A stretch of 64,000 nucleotides of DNA, from positions 6,184 to 70,183 of IMG/VR virus record IMGVR_UViG_2974709037_000001; one strand, given 5' to 3'. The position numbers and the translations under genes are program-made. The first letter of the stretch is position 1. Every line of letters begins with the position of its first letter. Below, one piece after another: positions 29,683-38,513 of the stretch. The notes under the pieces were generated by a model. That model saw only the letters and a program-made list of their open reading frames with translations, did not search any database and had not been told where the DNA came from. The DNA is from a virus. Taxonomy: Duplodnaviria; Caudoviricetes.

Positions 29683-29828
29683 AGCCGGAGCGGTTGAGAC
29701 GCACAGCGCTAACGGGCATTAGCGCTTACTGGTGCGCGACGTAAGGGTGTGGCGTCTGCTGCTACCTGTTGCGCTCCCGCTCCGGCCTTCACTTCCACCT
29801 TCACCACAAACCACGAAAGGGCAGTCAG

Positions 29829-30245
29829 ATGACGGTTATTTACCTGGGTGAACCGACCGGCCCACGACTCCGCGACTTGTCCCGGTCGCAAGAGAAAGCC
29901 CTTAACGACTGGCTGACAATGGCGCTCGTTGCGCCACCTAGAAAGCGTGAAGAAGTCCCCGTCGACTTCACGCGAGCGCTTAGCGCCCTAGCTAAGCGTC
30001 GGGGTATCCGGTTCCACTTCAACAGTGACCGGATGAGGGTACGCGGCGAAGCCGTGCTCGGTAAGAACATGCCTGGCTGCGTTGGCGGCTCTAAACGAAA
30101 GGTCACCGTGACCAATGAAAGGGAATTGGCTACGAAAGCTCAACCCGCTATCCGGGTCAAAGCCCGCTCCGGAGGTTTCGTTACCGGAGGGGGAGAAGGG
30201 GTCGCGCCTTACCATGACCGCGACTGGCGGGACGACTACCTATAA
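29829..30245 (+). CDS. Hypothetical protein
   Basis: GAAAGG RBS, ATG at 29829. Confidence 0.55.
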   Translation: MTVIYLGEPTGPRLRDLSRSQEKALNDWLTMALVAPPRKREEVPVDFTRALSALAKRRGIRFHFNSDRMRVRGEAVLGKNMPGCVGGSKRKVTVTNERELATKAQPAIRVKARSGGFVTGGGEGVAPYHDRDWRDDYL

Positions 30246-31284
30246 CTATAAGCGGTGTTTACGCTGCAATGCCCTATTGACGACTAAGTACAGGAGATGT
30301 ACGGTATGCAACATGGAACCGGAACTGGCCGCGTGGGAGCAGGAACTTCTCTGGGCTGCGACTTGGGATGCGGAGCAACGTATCCGGTGGAACGGGCTTG
30401 GCAGCGGGACCTCCACCATTACGCCTCCGAAAAGGGCATTCTCCCCACCTGCGGGCGGGGTGCAGAGCGAAAGGCGCGAGCCACCCATGCTGAGGCAGCC
30501 TGAAAAGCTGATGTTGGCCGGTGATTGGCACGGGAATCTCCCGTGGGCTTTCAAGGCCATCAACTACGCGAAGGCCAACGGCGCGGACACGATTCTGCAC
30601 GTTGGCGACTTCGGCTGGTGGAAAGCCGGTGAGGCTACCTACCAGTACCTCGCTCAGGTCAACCAAGAGCTTGACTACTGCGGTATTGACCTGCTGTGGG
30701 TTGACGGGAACCACGAGGACCACGCGTTCTTAGGTTCGTTCAACGTGCCCGGCGCTGCGCCGCTCACAACCAAGTCTTATCCGCGCATTACGCACCTTCC
30801 GCGCGGGTTCCGCTGGGAATGGTGGGGTGACACGTGGATGGCCCTTGGCGGTGCTCATTCGGTCGACCGCTCATTCGCTGTTGAGGGTGAATCCTGGTGG
30901 GCGGGCGAGTGGCTTAACGACGCTCAGCTTGCCCACGCAATGCGGCCTGGCAAAGTTGACATCATCGTTGCCCACGACGCACCTACCAACGTCGATATTC
31001 CCGGTATCACACCCGGCAAAGACATTTGGTTGCGTATCGACGGTAAGCCGCGCAAGGTGCCTCAAGTCGACAAGCTTAAGGCAGAGGAACACCGCGCTCG
31101 TATTCAGCAAGTGTGCGACGCGGTTAAGCCGGTCGAGTTCTACCACGGGCATTATCACCGCGATTACAACGCGCTGTGCCGGTTGCAGGGCGGCGGCTAC
31201 ATGAACGTCCGGGGCCTCGATAAAGACGAGACCACGATGGCTAAGAACACGTATTTCATCACGGAAGGGTTGGACGACGAATGA
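30115..31284 (+). CDS. Calcineurin-like metallophosphoesterase (true start probably internal, e.g. 30487)
   Basis: GDWHG, VGDFG, DGNHE and HGHYH motifs. Confidence 0.88.
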   Translation: MKGNWLRKLNPLSGSKPAPEVSLPEGEKGSRLTMTATGGTTTYNYKRCLRCNALLTTKYRRCTVCNMEPELAAWEQELLWAATWDAEQRIRWNGLGSGTSTITPPKRAFSPPAGGVQSERREPPMLRQPEKLMLAGDWHGNLPWAFKAINYAKANGADTILHVGDFGWWKAGEATYQYLAQVNQELDYCGIDLLWVDGNHEDHAFLGSFNVPGAAPLTTKSYPRITHLPRGFRWEWWGDTWMALGGAHSVDRSFAVEGESWWAGEWLNDAQLAHAMRPGKVDIIVAHDAPTNVDIPGITPGKDIWLRIDGKPRKVPQVDKLKAEEHRARIQQVCDAVKPVEFYHGHYHRDYNALCRLQGGGYMNVRGLDKDETTMAKNTYFITEGLDDE

Positions 31285-31336
31285 ACGCCGATCTTATGGC
31301 GGCGGCGCGCTCTGACCGCCGGTTGCACGGCTCTAT

Positions 31337-31672
31337 GTGGTGGAGGTCGCGGCGATGAAGGCTAGCGAGCGGTTGACGGAGCGTAACGAGCTGCTGGAAG
31401 TCATCGCGGAAATCGACTCTGACCTTAGCGTCCTTGTCGAGGATAAGAGTTTCCGGGCTGCCCAACAGTGCCGGGAAATGTTGGACGCGCGGCGCGAGAC
31501 GGCGCGCGAGTTGAACTTGCTTGGGTTTAGCGCACCTGAGCTGGACGAAAGGTTGAGGCGGCGTGAAAGTCCTCCTGCTGCTGGTGCTGGTGATAGCGCT
31601 GGTGTTCGTGATGGCGGCGGTGATTGTGTCGTTGCAAAGCGCCGTATCGGCCCGTCGAAAGAGGCGGGCTAG
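31337..31672 (+). CDS. Hypothetical protein
   Basis: ORF in operon; boundaries uncertain. Confidence 0.4.
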   Translation: MVEVAAMKASERLTERNELLEVIAEIDSDLSVLVEDKSFRAAQQCREMLDARRETARELNLLGFSAPELDERLRRRESPPAAGAGDSAGVRDGGGDCVVAKRRIGPSKEAG

Positions 31673-31796
31673 CGATCCGCTGTTCTACCTGACGCGCCAT
31701 GAGCGGCGCGAGTATGCGCGGGCTGTCGCTAAGCGAAAGCTGTCTGAGGCTGATGACGCTTACTACCAGCGACTTAACGACATGCTCACCCGGTAG
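31563..31796 (+). CDS. Small membrane protein
   Basis: N-terminal TM helix. Confidence 0.55.
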   Translation: MKVLLLLVLVIALVFVMAAVIVSLQSAVSARRKRRASDPLFYLTRHERREYARAVAKRKLSEADDAYYQRLNDMLTR

Positions 31797-31821
31797 TACC
31801 CACAACTAAATACCCACACAT

Positions 31822-31855
31822 AAAGCCCCTGTTAGCTTCGGTTGGCAGGGGTTTT
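31822..31855 (+). terminator. Intrinsic terminator-like hairpin
   Basis: AAAGCCCCTGTTAGC-TTCG-GTTGGCAGGGGTTTT. Confidence 0.65.
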
Positions 31856-31858
31856 CCT

Positions 31859-32806
31859 ATGGAAGGAAAACCTTTGAACCGTAAGAAGATCGCGGCTATG
31901 GCCTTGGCGGCGGCTGCCGTCCTGCCTGTGGTCGCGTGTTCGACTTCGGTCCCGGCTGGCGTGACCGCTATCAAAGTGGACGACTACGCATTCGTGCCGA
32001 CTGACCCGACCGTTGAGGGCTGCATTAAGCCTGAGACGAACGAGTTCAACCCGATTGGCGGGTTCAAGGCGTACATGTACCCGGCGCGTCAGGTCAGCTA
32101 TGACGCTCTGGACCAGGAGGGCGCTGAGGCTCCGGCGACTGTCGTCGTGTCCAATGCGTCCGCTCCGGCTGAGCTTAAGGTGCCGGTAACGGTGACGTTC
32201 GACCTGACGCAGGATTGCGACAAGTTGAAGCAGTTTCACCGTGACTTCGGTACGAAGTATTCGGGCTGGCTGAATGATGACGGCTCCGTGTCTCAGGGCT
32301 GGCGTGACCTGCTGAACTACGTGGTGGGCCAGCCGTTGCAGAACACGTTGGTGTCCATCGCGCAGAAGTACGAATGGCGCAAGATCTGGAACGACGAGAC
32401 GGTGCGTGTCGAGTTCCAGAACGCTCTCCGGGAGACCCTGCCTAAGGTGTCGCAGCAACGCACCAACGGTGAGGAATACTTCGCCAACTTTCAGGTGACG
32501 GTGATGAAGCCTGACCCGGTTGACCCTGGTCTCAAGCAGGCGATCATTGCTGAGCAGCAGGCCATTGCTACGGCCCGCTCGACTGAGGCTCGGGGCGTTG
32601 CCGACGCTAAGGCTGCCGAGGCTAAGGCTAATGCGGATGTGACGGCTGCGGAGGCTCAGACGAAGGTTGCTGAGCAGGAGGCGATCAAGCGGGCTGCCGA
32701 GATTCGCGGTTTCCCGGATGTGGATTCCTACCTTAAGGACAAGGCGCTGGATAAGGGCATCACTCCGTGGCCCGCTCCGGTTATCGCGGGCGCTCCGGCT
32801 CGCTAA
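31859..32806 (+). CDS. SPFH/Band-7-like lipoprotein
   Basis: Lipobox VVAC, SPFH-like core, Ala/Glu coiled coil. Confidence 0.75.
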   Translation: MEGKPLNRKKIAAMALAAAAVLPVVACSTSVPAGVTAIKVDDYAFVPTDPTVEGCIKPETNEFNPIGGFKAYMYPARQVSYDALDQEGAEAPATVVVSNASAPAELKVPVTVTFDLTQDCDKLKQFHRDFGTKYSGWLNDDGSVSQGWRDLLNYVVGQPLQNTLVSIAQKYEWRKIWNDETVRVEFQNALRETLPKVSQQRTNGEEYFANFQVTVMKPDPVDPGLKQAIIAEQQAIATARSTEARGVADAKAAEAKANADVTAAEAQTKVAEQEAIKRAAEIRGFPDVDSYLKDKALDKGITPWPAPVIAGAPAR

Positions 32807-33001
32807 AGGTGTAAGCCGGGGTAGCGGCTGAAACCCTCCCGTCCGTACGCCAGGAGAGGGGAAAGCGGCGTGGATTCGGATTCGTACGGTCGGACACACG
32901 ATCACGCTTGCACTACTCAATAACTCTCCCTAGGTGGGGCGCGCATACCTAGGGGTGATTAACGCACGCGCACCCTAACCCTCTTTAACAAAGGATTCGT
33001 C

Positions 33002-33415
33002 ATGTCGAAAAAGAGCCTGTTCAAGCAACCAGGTATCGAACAATTGCTTCCCGGTCACGATCTGCCAGTAGGCGTTAAGGTCACCGGTCGCAACATGCAC
33101 GCGGTCACGTTGCTGGTGTCGGCGTCCGGCGAAGCGAACGGTAGCCGGTCTACCGCGACGGCCTTCTTTGAGAGCGACGGTTCGCTGTCGCATGTCAAGT
33201 TGACCGACAACACGGGATCGGTCGACGTAAAGGCCGGTGAGTACCTGGTCCTCAGCGACGACCTTAAGACCGTCGTGGTTGCGGGGACAGAGGACTACGA
33301 GTTCCTCAAGGTGCTGCTCCCGCTGCTCGTCGCGGTGGACACAGCTTTCGACTCACTGGCTGAGAGCTTGGGCGGTCTCGATCTGTCGAACGTGTCGGGC
33401 CTCTTCGGTCTGTGA
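33002..33415 (+). CDS. Hypothetical protein
   Basis: AAGGA RBS. Confidence 0.6.
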   Translation: MSKKSLFKQPGIEQLLPGHDLPVGVKVTGRNMHAVTLLVSASGEANGSRSTATAFFESDGSLSHVKLTDNTGSVDVKAGEYLVLSDDLKTVVVAGTEDYEFLKVLLPLLVAVDTAFDSLAESLGGLDLSNVSGLFGL

Positions 33416-33636
33416 AGCACCTTCTGAGGCACCTTGCCGCGCTCCACTACTTCCGTAGGGAGCGCGGCAGGTTGCCCACCATTAAGGAACTACGCGATGA
33501 CTCTAAGACTTAAAGTCTTCGGTTTTGAGGTTGTCCGGGTGGAGTTGGAAATCCCGGAAGTCGACTCCCGAAGCGTTACCCCGATTCAGCGGGTCGTTAA
33601 AGGCACTAGCAACTGGTGGGTTAAGAGGATGAACGC

Positions 33637-33861
33637 ATGAGCGTTAAGAAGCGCACACCCGAACAAGGCCGAATCGTAGTCACACTCGAATACTCGATGC
33701 CCCGCGTGTACTGGCCTGAGTACGCGGATGGTGGAAAGCGAATCATTACGGATGCGGTCGACTGCCTCAGGCAGAACGTCCAAGACTTCCGTGATGGCGC
33801 GCTTTCCCTTGGAGACCTAATTCAAGGTGCCGACGAAATCCACGTCGAAGCCACTAAGTAA
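33637..33861 (+). CDS. Hypothetical protein
   Basis: GAGGA RBS, coupled. Confidence 0.55.
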   Translation: MSVKKRTPEQGRIVVTLEYSMPRVYWPEYADGGKRIITDAVDCLRQNVQDFRDGALSLGDLIQGADEIHVEATK

Positions 33862-33873
33862 GAGAGGGTAAGC

Positions 33874-35295
33874 ATGACTACCTTTTTGCAGAGCTTGCAG
33901 TCCCAGTTCAACACCACTCGCACGGAGAACGGCGACAAGGCGCACAAGTCGAGCCTTGATCCGGTGGTGGATTACTTCGGCCTGGCGGGCGCTATGCGTG
34001 ACCGCGCGGAGGCATCTGCCGACCTGTTAGAGAAGGCGTTCCGTGTTGACCCACAGGCCGCTGTGCGAACCCTGTTCTATCTGCGGGACGTGCGCGGGGG
34101 CCAGGGCGAGCGTGACGTGTTCCGGGCGGGCCTCAAGCGGCTTCTGAACAAGTACCCCGGTCTGGACTGGTCGGTGCTCAAGCATGTTCCGTTCTACGGG
34201 CGTTGGGACGACCTGTTCTACGACGGTGCGACGGTCACGCCGCCTGTGGCGCGGATTCTCCACAATCAGTGGGCCGCTGACGTGGCGGCTTACGAGCGTG
34301 GCGATCAGGTGTCGCTAATGGCTAAGTGGCTGCCGTCCGACAAGAGCAAGTCGCGCCCGGAGCTGGCTATCGCGGTCCGTCAGGCGCTCGGCCTGACTCA
34401 GCGTGAGTACCGGCAGACCCTTACGGCGCTTAGGGGCCGGATTGGTCTCGTCGAGCACGACATGTCGGAGCGCACGTACGAGCACATCGACTACTCGAAG
34501 CTCCCGGCGCAGGCGCACCGTAAGCACGTTAAGGCGTTCCGGCGCAACGACGGTGAGCGGTACCAGGCGTTCCTTGACGCTGTGCAGCGCGGCGAGGCGA
34601 AGGTGAACACGTCGACTCTGTATCCGTACGAACTGTTCGATCTGTGCCGGTCGGACCCGCAGGCGGCAGACGCGCTGTGGAAGAACCTGCCTGACTACAC
34701 GCAGCCGGGCCAAGACGCGCTTGTCTTGCCGGACGTTTCCGGTTCGATGTATGGCCGTCCCATCTCGGTGTCTGTGTCTTTGGCGCTGTACTTCGCGGAG
34801 CGCAACACTGGTCCGTACCAGGGCTATTTCCTGTCGTTCGACACCACGCCAAAGCTGGTTAAGGTGCCGGAGTCGGGCGACCTGGCGCAGAAGTTGTCGG
34901 CGGTCGAGTACCACACGAACAACTCCGGTTCGACCAACTTGGAGGCCGCATTCGCTGCGATCCTCCGGGCGGGTGTCCAGTCGGGCTCGGTTCCTGGCGT
35001 GCTCTACGTCGTTTCGGACATGCAGTTCAACCAGGCCCTTAATCACGCCGATCTGAGCGTGTTCGAGTCGGCCAAGCTCGCGTTCCGTTCGCACGGCTTG
35101 GAGTTGCCGCACGTGGTGTTCTGGAACGTCAATGCGCGGCATGATCAGTTGCCCGCGACGGCTATGGACGGCAACGTGACTTTGGTTTCCGGGCTGGCTG
35201 CGACGACGTTTGCGCTGGCCGTGGAGGGTAAGTCGCCGCGTGAGCTGGTGGACGACGTAATCAATTCGGAGCGATACGCAAATATCGTTCTGTAA
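33874..35295 (+). CDS. DUF2828-type Ro60/TROVE-like RNA-binding protein with vWA domain
   Basis: TENG, RDVRGGQGER, YGRWDDL, AKWLPS in a helical N-terminus; MIDAS DVSGSM, STN, SDMQF and VFWNV in the vWA domain. Confidence 0.85.
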   Translation: MTTFLQSLQSQFNTTRTENGDKAHKSSLDPVVDYFGLAGAMRDRAEASADLLEKAFRVDPQAAVRTLFYLRDVRGGQGERDVFRAGLKRLLNKYPGLDWSVLKHVPFYGRWDDLFYDGATVTPPVARILHNQWAADVAAYERGDQVSLMAKWLPSDKSKSRPELAIAVRQALGLTQREYRQTLTALRGRIGLVEHDMSERTYEHIDYSKLPAQAHRKHVKAFRRNDGERYQAFLDAVQRGEAKVNTSTLYPYELFDLCRSDPQAADALWKNLPDYTQPGQDALVLPDVSGSMYGRPISVSVSLALYFAERNTGPYQGYFLSFDTTPKLVKVPESGDLAQKLSAVEYHTNNSGSTNLEAAFAAILRAGVQSGSVPGVLYVVSDMQFNQALNHADLSVFESAKLAFRSHGLELPHVVFWNVNARHDQLPATAMDGNVTLVSGLAATTFALAVEGKSPRELVDDVINSERYANIVL

Positions 35296-35338
35296 AACTT
35301 CCATCCTGCCCGGCTAGGCCGGTAAGGTTGGTAACAGG

Positions 35339-35599
35339 TGGACGCGAACAGCAATTAAACTTCTTCTGCTAAAGAAACAAAATGCGTCCAGTACAAAACC
35401 TGTGGACCCCCACAGCAATTACCTACATTCCATGATAAGGACGAGGCGCGGGTTCGATTCCTGCCATATCAGGGCCGTAAGGTGCCTGTTGTAGCTCAGA
35501 GGTAGAGCGCGTATGTAAACCAAGGGGTCCAGTACATAGCGGCTGTGGACACGAACAGCAATTCTAACTCTTTCAAATGGTGAAAATAGAATGTGTCCA
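35339..35599 (+). ncRNA. Array of three Y-RNA-like hairpin units (35339-35390, 35403-35531, 35546-35599)
   Basis: Each reads TGGACnn..ACAGCAATT...nnGTCCAGT with compensatory stem changes; unit 2 contains tRNA T and D arms in permuted order. Confidence 0.8.
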
Positions 35600-35613
35600 G
35601 TTCCGCCGCGTTT

Positions 35614-35654
35614 AGCCCGCCCCGCGCTTTTATGACTGCGGGGCGGGCTTTTTT
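35614..35654 (+). terminator. Intrinsic terminator closing the Ro-like/ncRNA unit
   Basis: AGCCCGCCCCGCG/TGCGGGGCGGGCT stem followed by a T run. Confidence 0.85.
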
Positions 35655-35797
35655 GTGCCCTGAAAGGACTTAAACATGCCAGGACCAATGTCCGCGCCTA
35701 ACGGCAACAAGCTGATCACGGTGAGCGCGGAAGCCCGTAAGAAAGCCGGTCGGACCGGCAAGACGGAGCTGGTGCGCGAGCGGAAAGGCAACAAGAA

Positions 35798-36133
35798 ATG
35801 AAGGCTCTCGTTATCGTGGCGGCGGTCGCGGTCGGCCTGTCCATGTCTGGCTGCGCTACGCAGAACCAGCATTGGGAGACGGGCTGCAAGGTCACGTCGA
35901 AAGACATGATCTATAGCAGCACTGATGGAAACTCGTCACGTAAGAAGCGGATTAGCACGTCGTGCGGCGCTTTCGATGTCGAGGACGCCTGGGAAGCGGG
36001 TTCGTTCAGCTCATACGACCTGTGGTCAAAGCTAGAGGTTGGTAAGACCTACGACCTCAAGGTGGGCGGCATCCGGAACGGGTTCTTCTCGATGTTCCAG
36101 ACCGTCTTGGAGGTTAAAGAATCGAATGGCTAG
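35798..36133 (+). CDS. Lipoprotein
   Basis: Signal peptide with MSGC lipobox. Confidence 0.7.
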   Translation: MKALVIVAAVAVGLSMSGCATQNQHWETGCKVTSKDMIYSSTDGNSSRKKRISTSCGAFDVEDAWEAGSFSSYDLWSKLEVGKTYDLKVGGIRNGFFSMFQTVLEVKESNG

Positions 36134-36443
36134 CAAGCTGGTTGTAGAGGCTGTCGCTAAGTACCTCGAAGCGAAGGGCGATTCGTCGAACGCGGACCGG
36201 TTCTATCCGGTGCCTAACCGCGCGATGCGTCGCGCTTTGCGGTTCAGCGGTAACCGGCAGTTGATTCCCGGTGCTAACGGGAAGCCTGCCACGTTCTATC
36301 AGCCGCAGCGGTCGCGGATTCAGAGGGGTATTTCGCGGCCCGGCGTGCGCGGCAAGGTGCTTACCGAGGGGCTTAAGCCGATCTTCGTTGACGGTGACGA
36401 CCGTATGGACCTGAGCGAGTTCTACGAGCAGGCGGCGGCGTGA
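36126..36443 (+). CDS. Hypothetical protein
   Basis: GGAGG RBS, ATG at 36126. Confidence 0.55.
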   Translation: MASKLVVEAVAKYLEAKGDSSNADRFYPVPNRAMRRALRFSGNRQLIPGANGKPATFYQPQRSRIQRGISRPGVRGKVLTEGLKPIFVDGDDRMDLSEFYEQAAA

Positions 36444-36796
36444 CGTACCGCGTTGAAATCGGGCTAAAGGAACAGCCCATATTTGCCGTTATTGCTGTGG
36501 CTGAGCCGGAGGTTTCTCACAACGGCATTTTGCAAGTCACGCTCAAAGACGGCTACCTGGTCTATGCGCCGGGTTACTGGCAGAGCTACGGAGTTAAGGA
36601 AAACAAAGATGGCTAAGCCTGTTGGCACCGTCATGTACAAGGCGTACGAGCACGAACTGTTGCCTCCCATGTTTGACGTTGCCGTTCATACGAACAAGGG
36701 ATGGTTCATCACTGACCAGGACAGCACCTATCCGAGTAGGGAGCCTGCCGGGCCGGGGTGGACTGAAATTCAGTTGCTCTCGAAGGTTAGCGAGGA

Positions 36797-37783
36797 CTGA
36801 TCACTGACTATCAAGTAAAGCGTGACTACTGGGACCGGCCCATTGTTTACCCCGAAGGATTCACCTTTAAGGGTAGTGGCCCGCCTGGGGAGTGGCGGGA
36901 AGGTAGGGGCCGTGACGGAAAGCAAAAGCGGTGGTGGTACACCAAAGACGGCAAAGGCTACAGCCGGTCGTCCGGTGCTGGCAAAGGGCTCGACACCAAA
37001 GACGGGCTCATTGACTGGGCGGCGTGTCAAGCAGCCGTTGGAATCCTCTTGGACGCCTCCGCGCGCTCAGAGGTCGCAACGCTTATCAATGAGTACGACG
37101 CCGATCCCTGGTACAAAGGCGACGACGGCGGAACCCGCTCAGGCAAAGAGCGGCTTAAAGCTGCTGTTGAGAAAGCGCGTAACACTGCCGGTCAGCACAC
37201 TGCTGCTTCTGCTGGCACTGAGTTCCATAAGCTCGGCGAACTTCGCAATAAGGGCGAGAGCCCGCGCGTGGTCCAGGACCACCTAAAGGAACCGCTAGCG
37301 CAGTACGACCGCGCCGTGGAACCTATCGAGTTCCTAGAGCAAGAAATGCTGGTCGTTAATGACCACTTAGAGCTTTGCGGTTCGGTCGATTACCTCATGG
37401 GCTTGCCGCCGGGGATTACCACTCCGGATGGTGAATACCATGAGGATTCTTTGGTAGTAGTTGGCGATCTTAAGACGGGTCGCTGGGACGCTAAGCGTCC
37501 AATGAGTGTGACTTGCCAGTTGACCGCTTACGGGACTGGCGTCCGCTATGACCAGGAGACGAATACACGTACTCCGCTGCATCCCCGCATTAACAACAAA
37601 TGGGGTGTCATGGTCCATTTTCCGATTATGACTAAGAACCCGAAAGTCAAATTCTACTGGGTGGATTTGACGCTGGGGTTGAAGGCTTCACTTCTCGCTA
37701 AAGAGGTTGAGGCCATGCGGCGGACCTTCAATTCTAAGGATTCCGACTTGAAGGAACTGAACCTAGATCACTACCAGTGGTGA
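36797..37783 (+). CDS. PD-(D/E)xK (Cas4/RecB-like) exonuclease; possible CTG start
   Basis: GTEFH, CGSVD, GDLKTG, QLTAY; frame open back to 36791. Confidence 0.75.
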   Translation: MITDYQVKRDYWDRPIVYPEGFTFKGSGPPGEWREGRGRDGKQKRWWYTKDGKGYSRSSGAGKGLDTKDGLIDWAACQAAVGILLDASARSEVATLINEYDADPWYKGDDGGTRSGKERLKAAVEKARNTAGQHTAASAGTEFHKLGELRNKGESPRVVQDHLKEPLAQYDRAVEPIEFLEQEMLVVNDHLELCGSVDYLMGLPPGITTPDGEYHEDSLVVVGDLKTGRWDAKRPMSVTCQLTAYGTGVRYDQETNTRTPLHPRINNKWGVMVHFPIMTKNPKVKFYWVDLTLGLKASLLAKEVEAMRRTFNSKDSDLKELNLDHYQW

Positions 37784-38217
37784 CCGCTGCCCGCCGTAAG
37801 CGCGGAAGTACCTTGCGGCGGGACGAGCGTGGCCTAAAGCAGTGCATTGGGTGTGTGGAATGGCTGCCTGAGGCTAGGTTCTGGAAATCGCCTACAGCGA
37901 TGGATGGGCTAAAAAGCCGGTGCAATCGGTGCCTAAACCTACGAAGCTTTTACAAGCTTGAGTATCACCAGTTTATGGCAATGGTTGCTAGTCAGGGTTA
38001 TTGCTGCAAATTATGCAGTGACCGGCTGGACCTTAGCTCGCAAAGAAAATACAACATTGACCACGATCACAAGTGTTGTCCGCGTGCTATCACATGCGGG
38101 AAGTGCATTAGAAGCATTCTGTGCAGCAATTGCAACACGTCACTTGGACGGTTCAATGACGATCCCGCCTTGCTCCGTAAGGCGGCTAGATACGTTGAAT
38201 TAGGAGGGTCTATATGA
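37777..38217 (+). CDS. Endonuclease VII-like HNH nuclease
   Basis: IDHDH..C...CGKCIRSILCSNCNTSLG..NDD. Confidence 0.85.
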   Translation: MVTAARRKRGSTLRRDERGLKQCIGCVEWLPEARFWKSPTAMDGLKSRCNRCLNLRSFYKLEYHQFMAMVASQGYCCKLCSDRLDLSSQRKYNIDHDHKCCPRAITCGKCIRSILCSNCNTSLGRFNDDPALLRKAARYVELGGSI

Positions 38218-38513
38218 CCACTGATACGAGTTTGGCGGCGTGGGAGTCGTTGGATAAGGACTATCTGCGGGAGTCGCAGCGCGCGGTCCTTAAGGCGCTG
38301 GGGCGTCTGCGTAAGGGCGGTACCGATACGGATATCGCTCGGGTCTACAACCGGTCCAAGTGGGGTGCGGTGCTGCCGCAGTCGCCTTCGGGTTTGCGTA
38401 CTCGCCGGGCTGAGCTGGTGAAGCAGGGCTTCGTGAAGGACACGGGTGTTCGTAAGCGTCTGCCGTCTGGCCGCTTGTCAGTCGTCTGGACCAAGGCAAA
38501 GAGCGGGGCCTAG
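38214..38513 (+). CDS. Hypothetical DNA-binding protein
   Basis: SPSGLRTRRAELVKQGFV..TG winged-helix-like pattern. Confidence 0.6.
   Translation: MTTDTSLAAWESLDKDYLRESQRAVLKALGRLRKGGTDTDIARVYNRSKWGAVLPQSPSGLRTRRAELVKQGFVKDTGVRKRLPSGRLSVVWTKAKSGA

Noticed and set aside
34315-35304. 329-aa minus-strand ORF (also 43964-45316, 31832-32920, 19811-20569 and similar)
   Set aside because: Antisense shadows of well-supported high-GC genes, with no motifs
35485-35560. Ordinary or pseudo tRNA starting at CCTGTTGTAGCTCAG
   Set aside because: No T-arm follows; the matching T-arm and acceptor strand lie upstream, so it is permuted
35567-35581. TCA (Sec/opal) anticodon loop in repeat unit 3
   Set aside because: The TTTCA/TGAAA pairing is better supported than a stem presenting TTTCAAA as a loop
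35339-35599. CRISPR array interpretation of the three repeats
   Set aside because: Spacing is very uneven, each unit is closed by its own covarying stem, the interiors are structured, and no cas genes are adjacent
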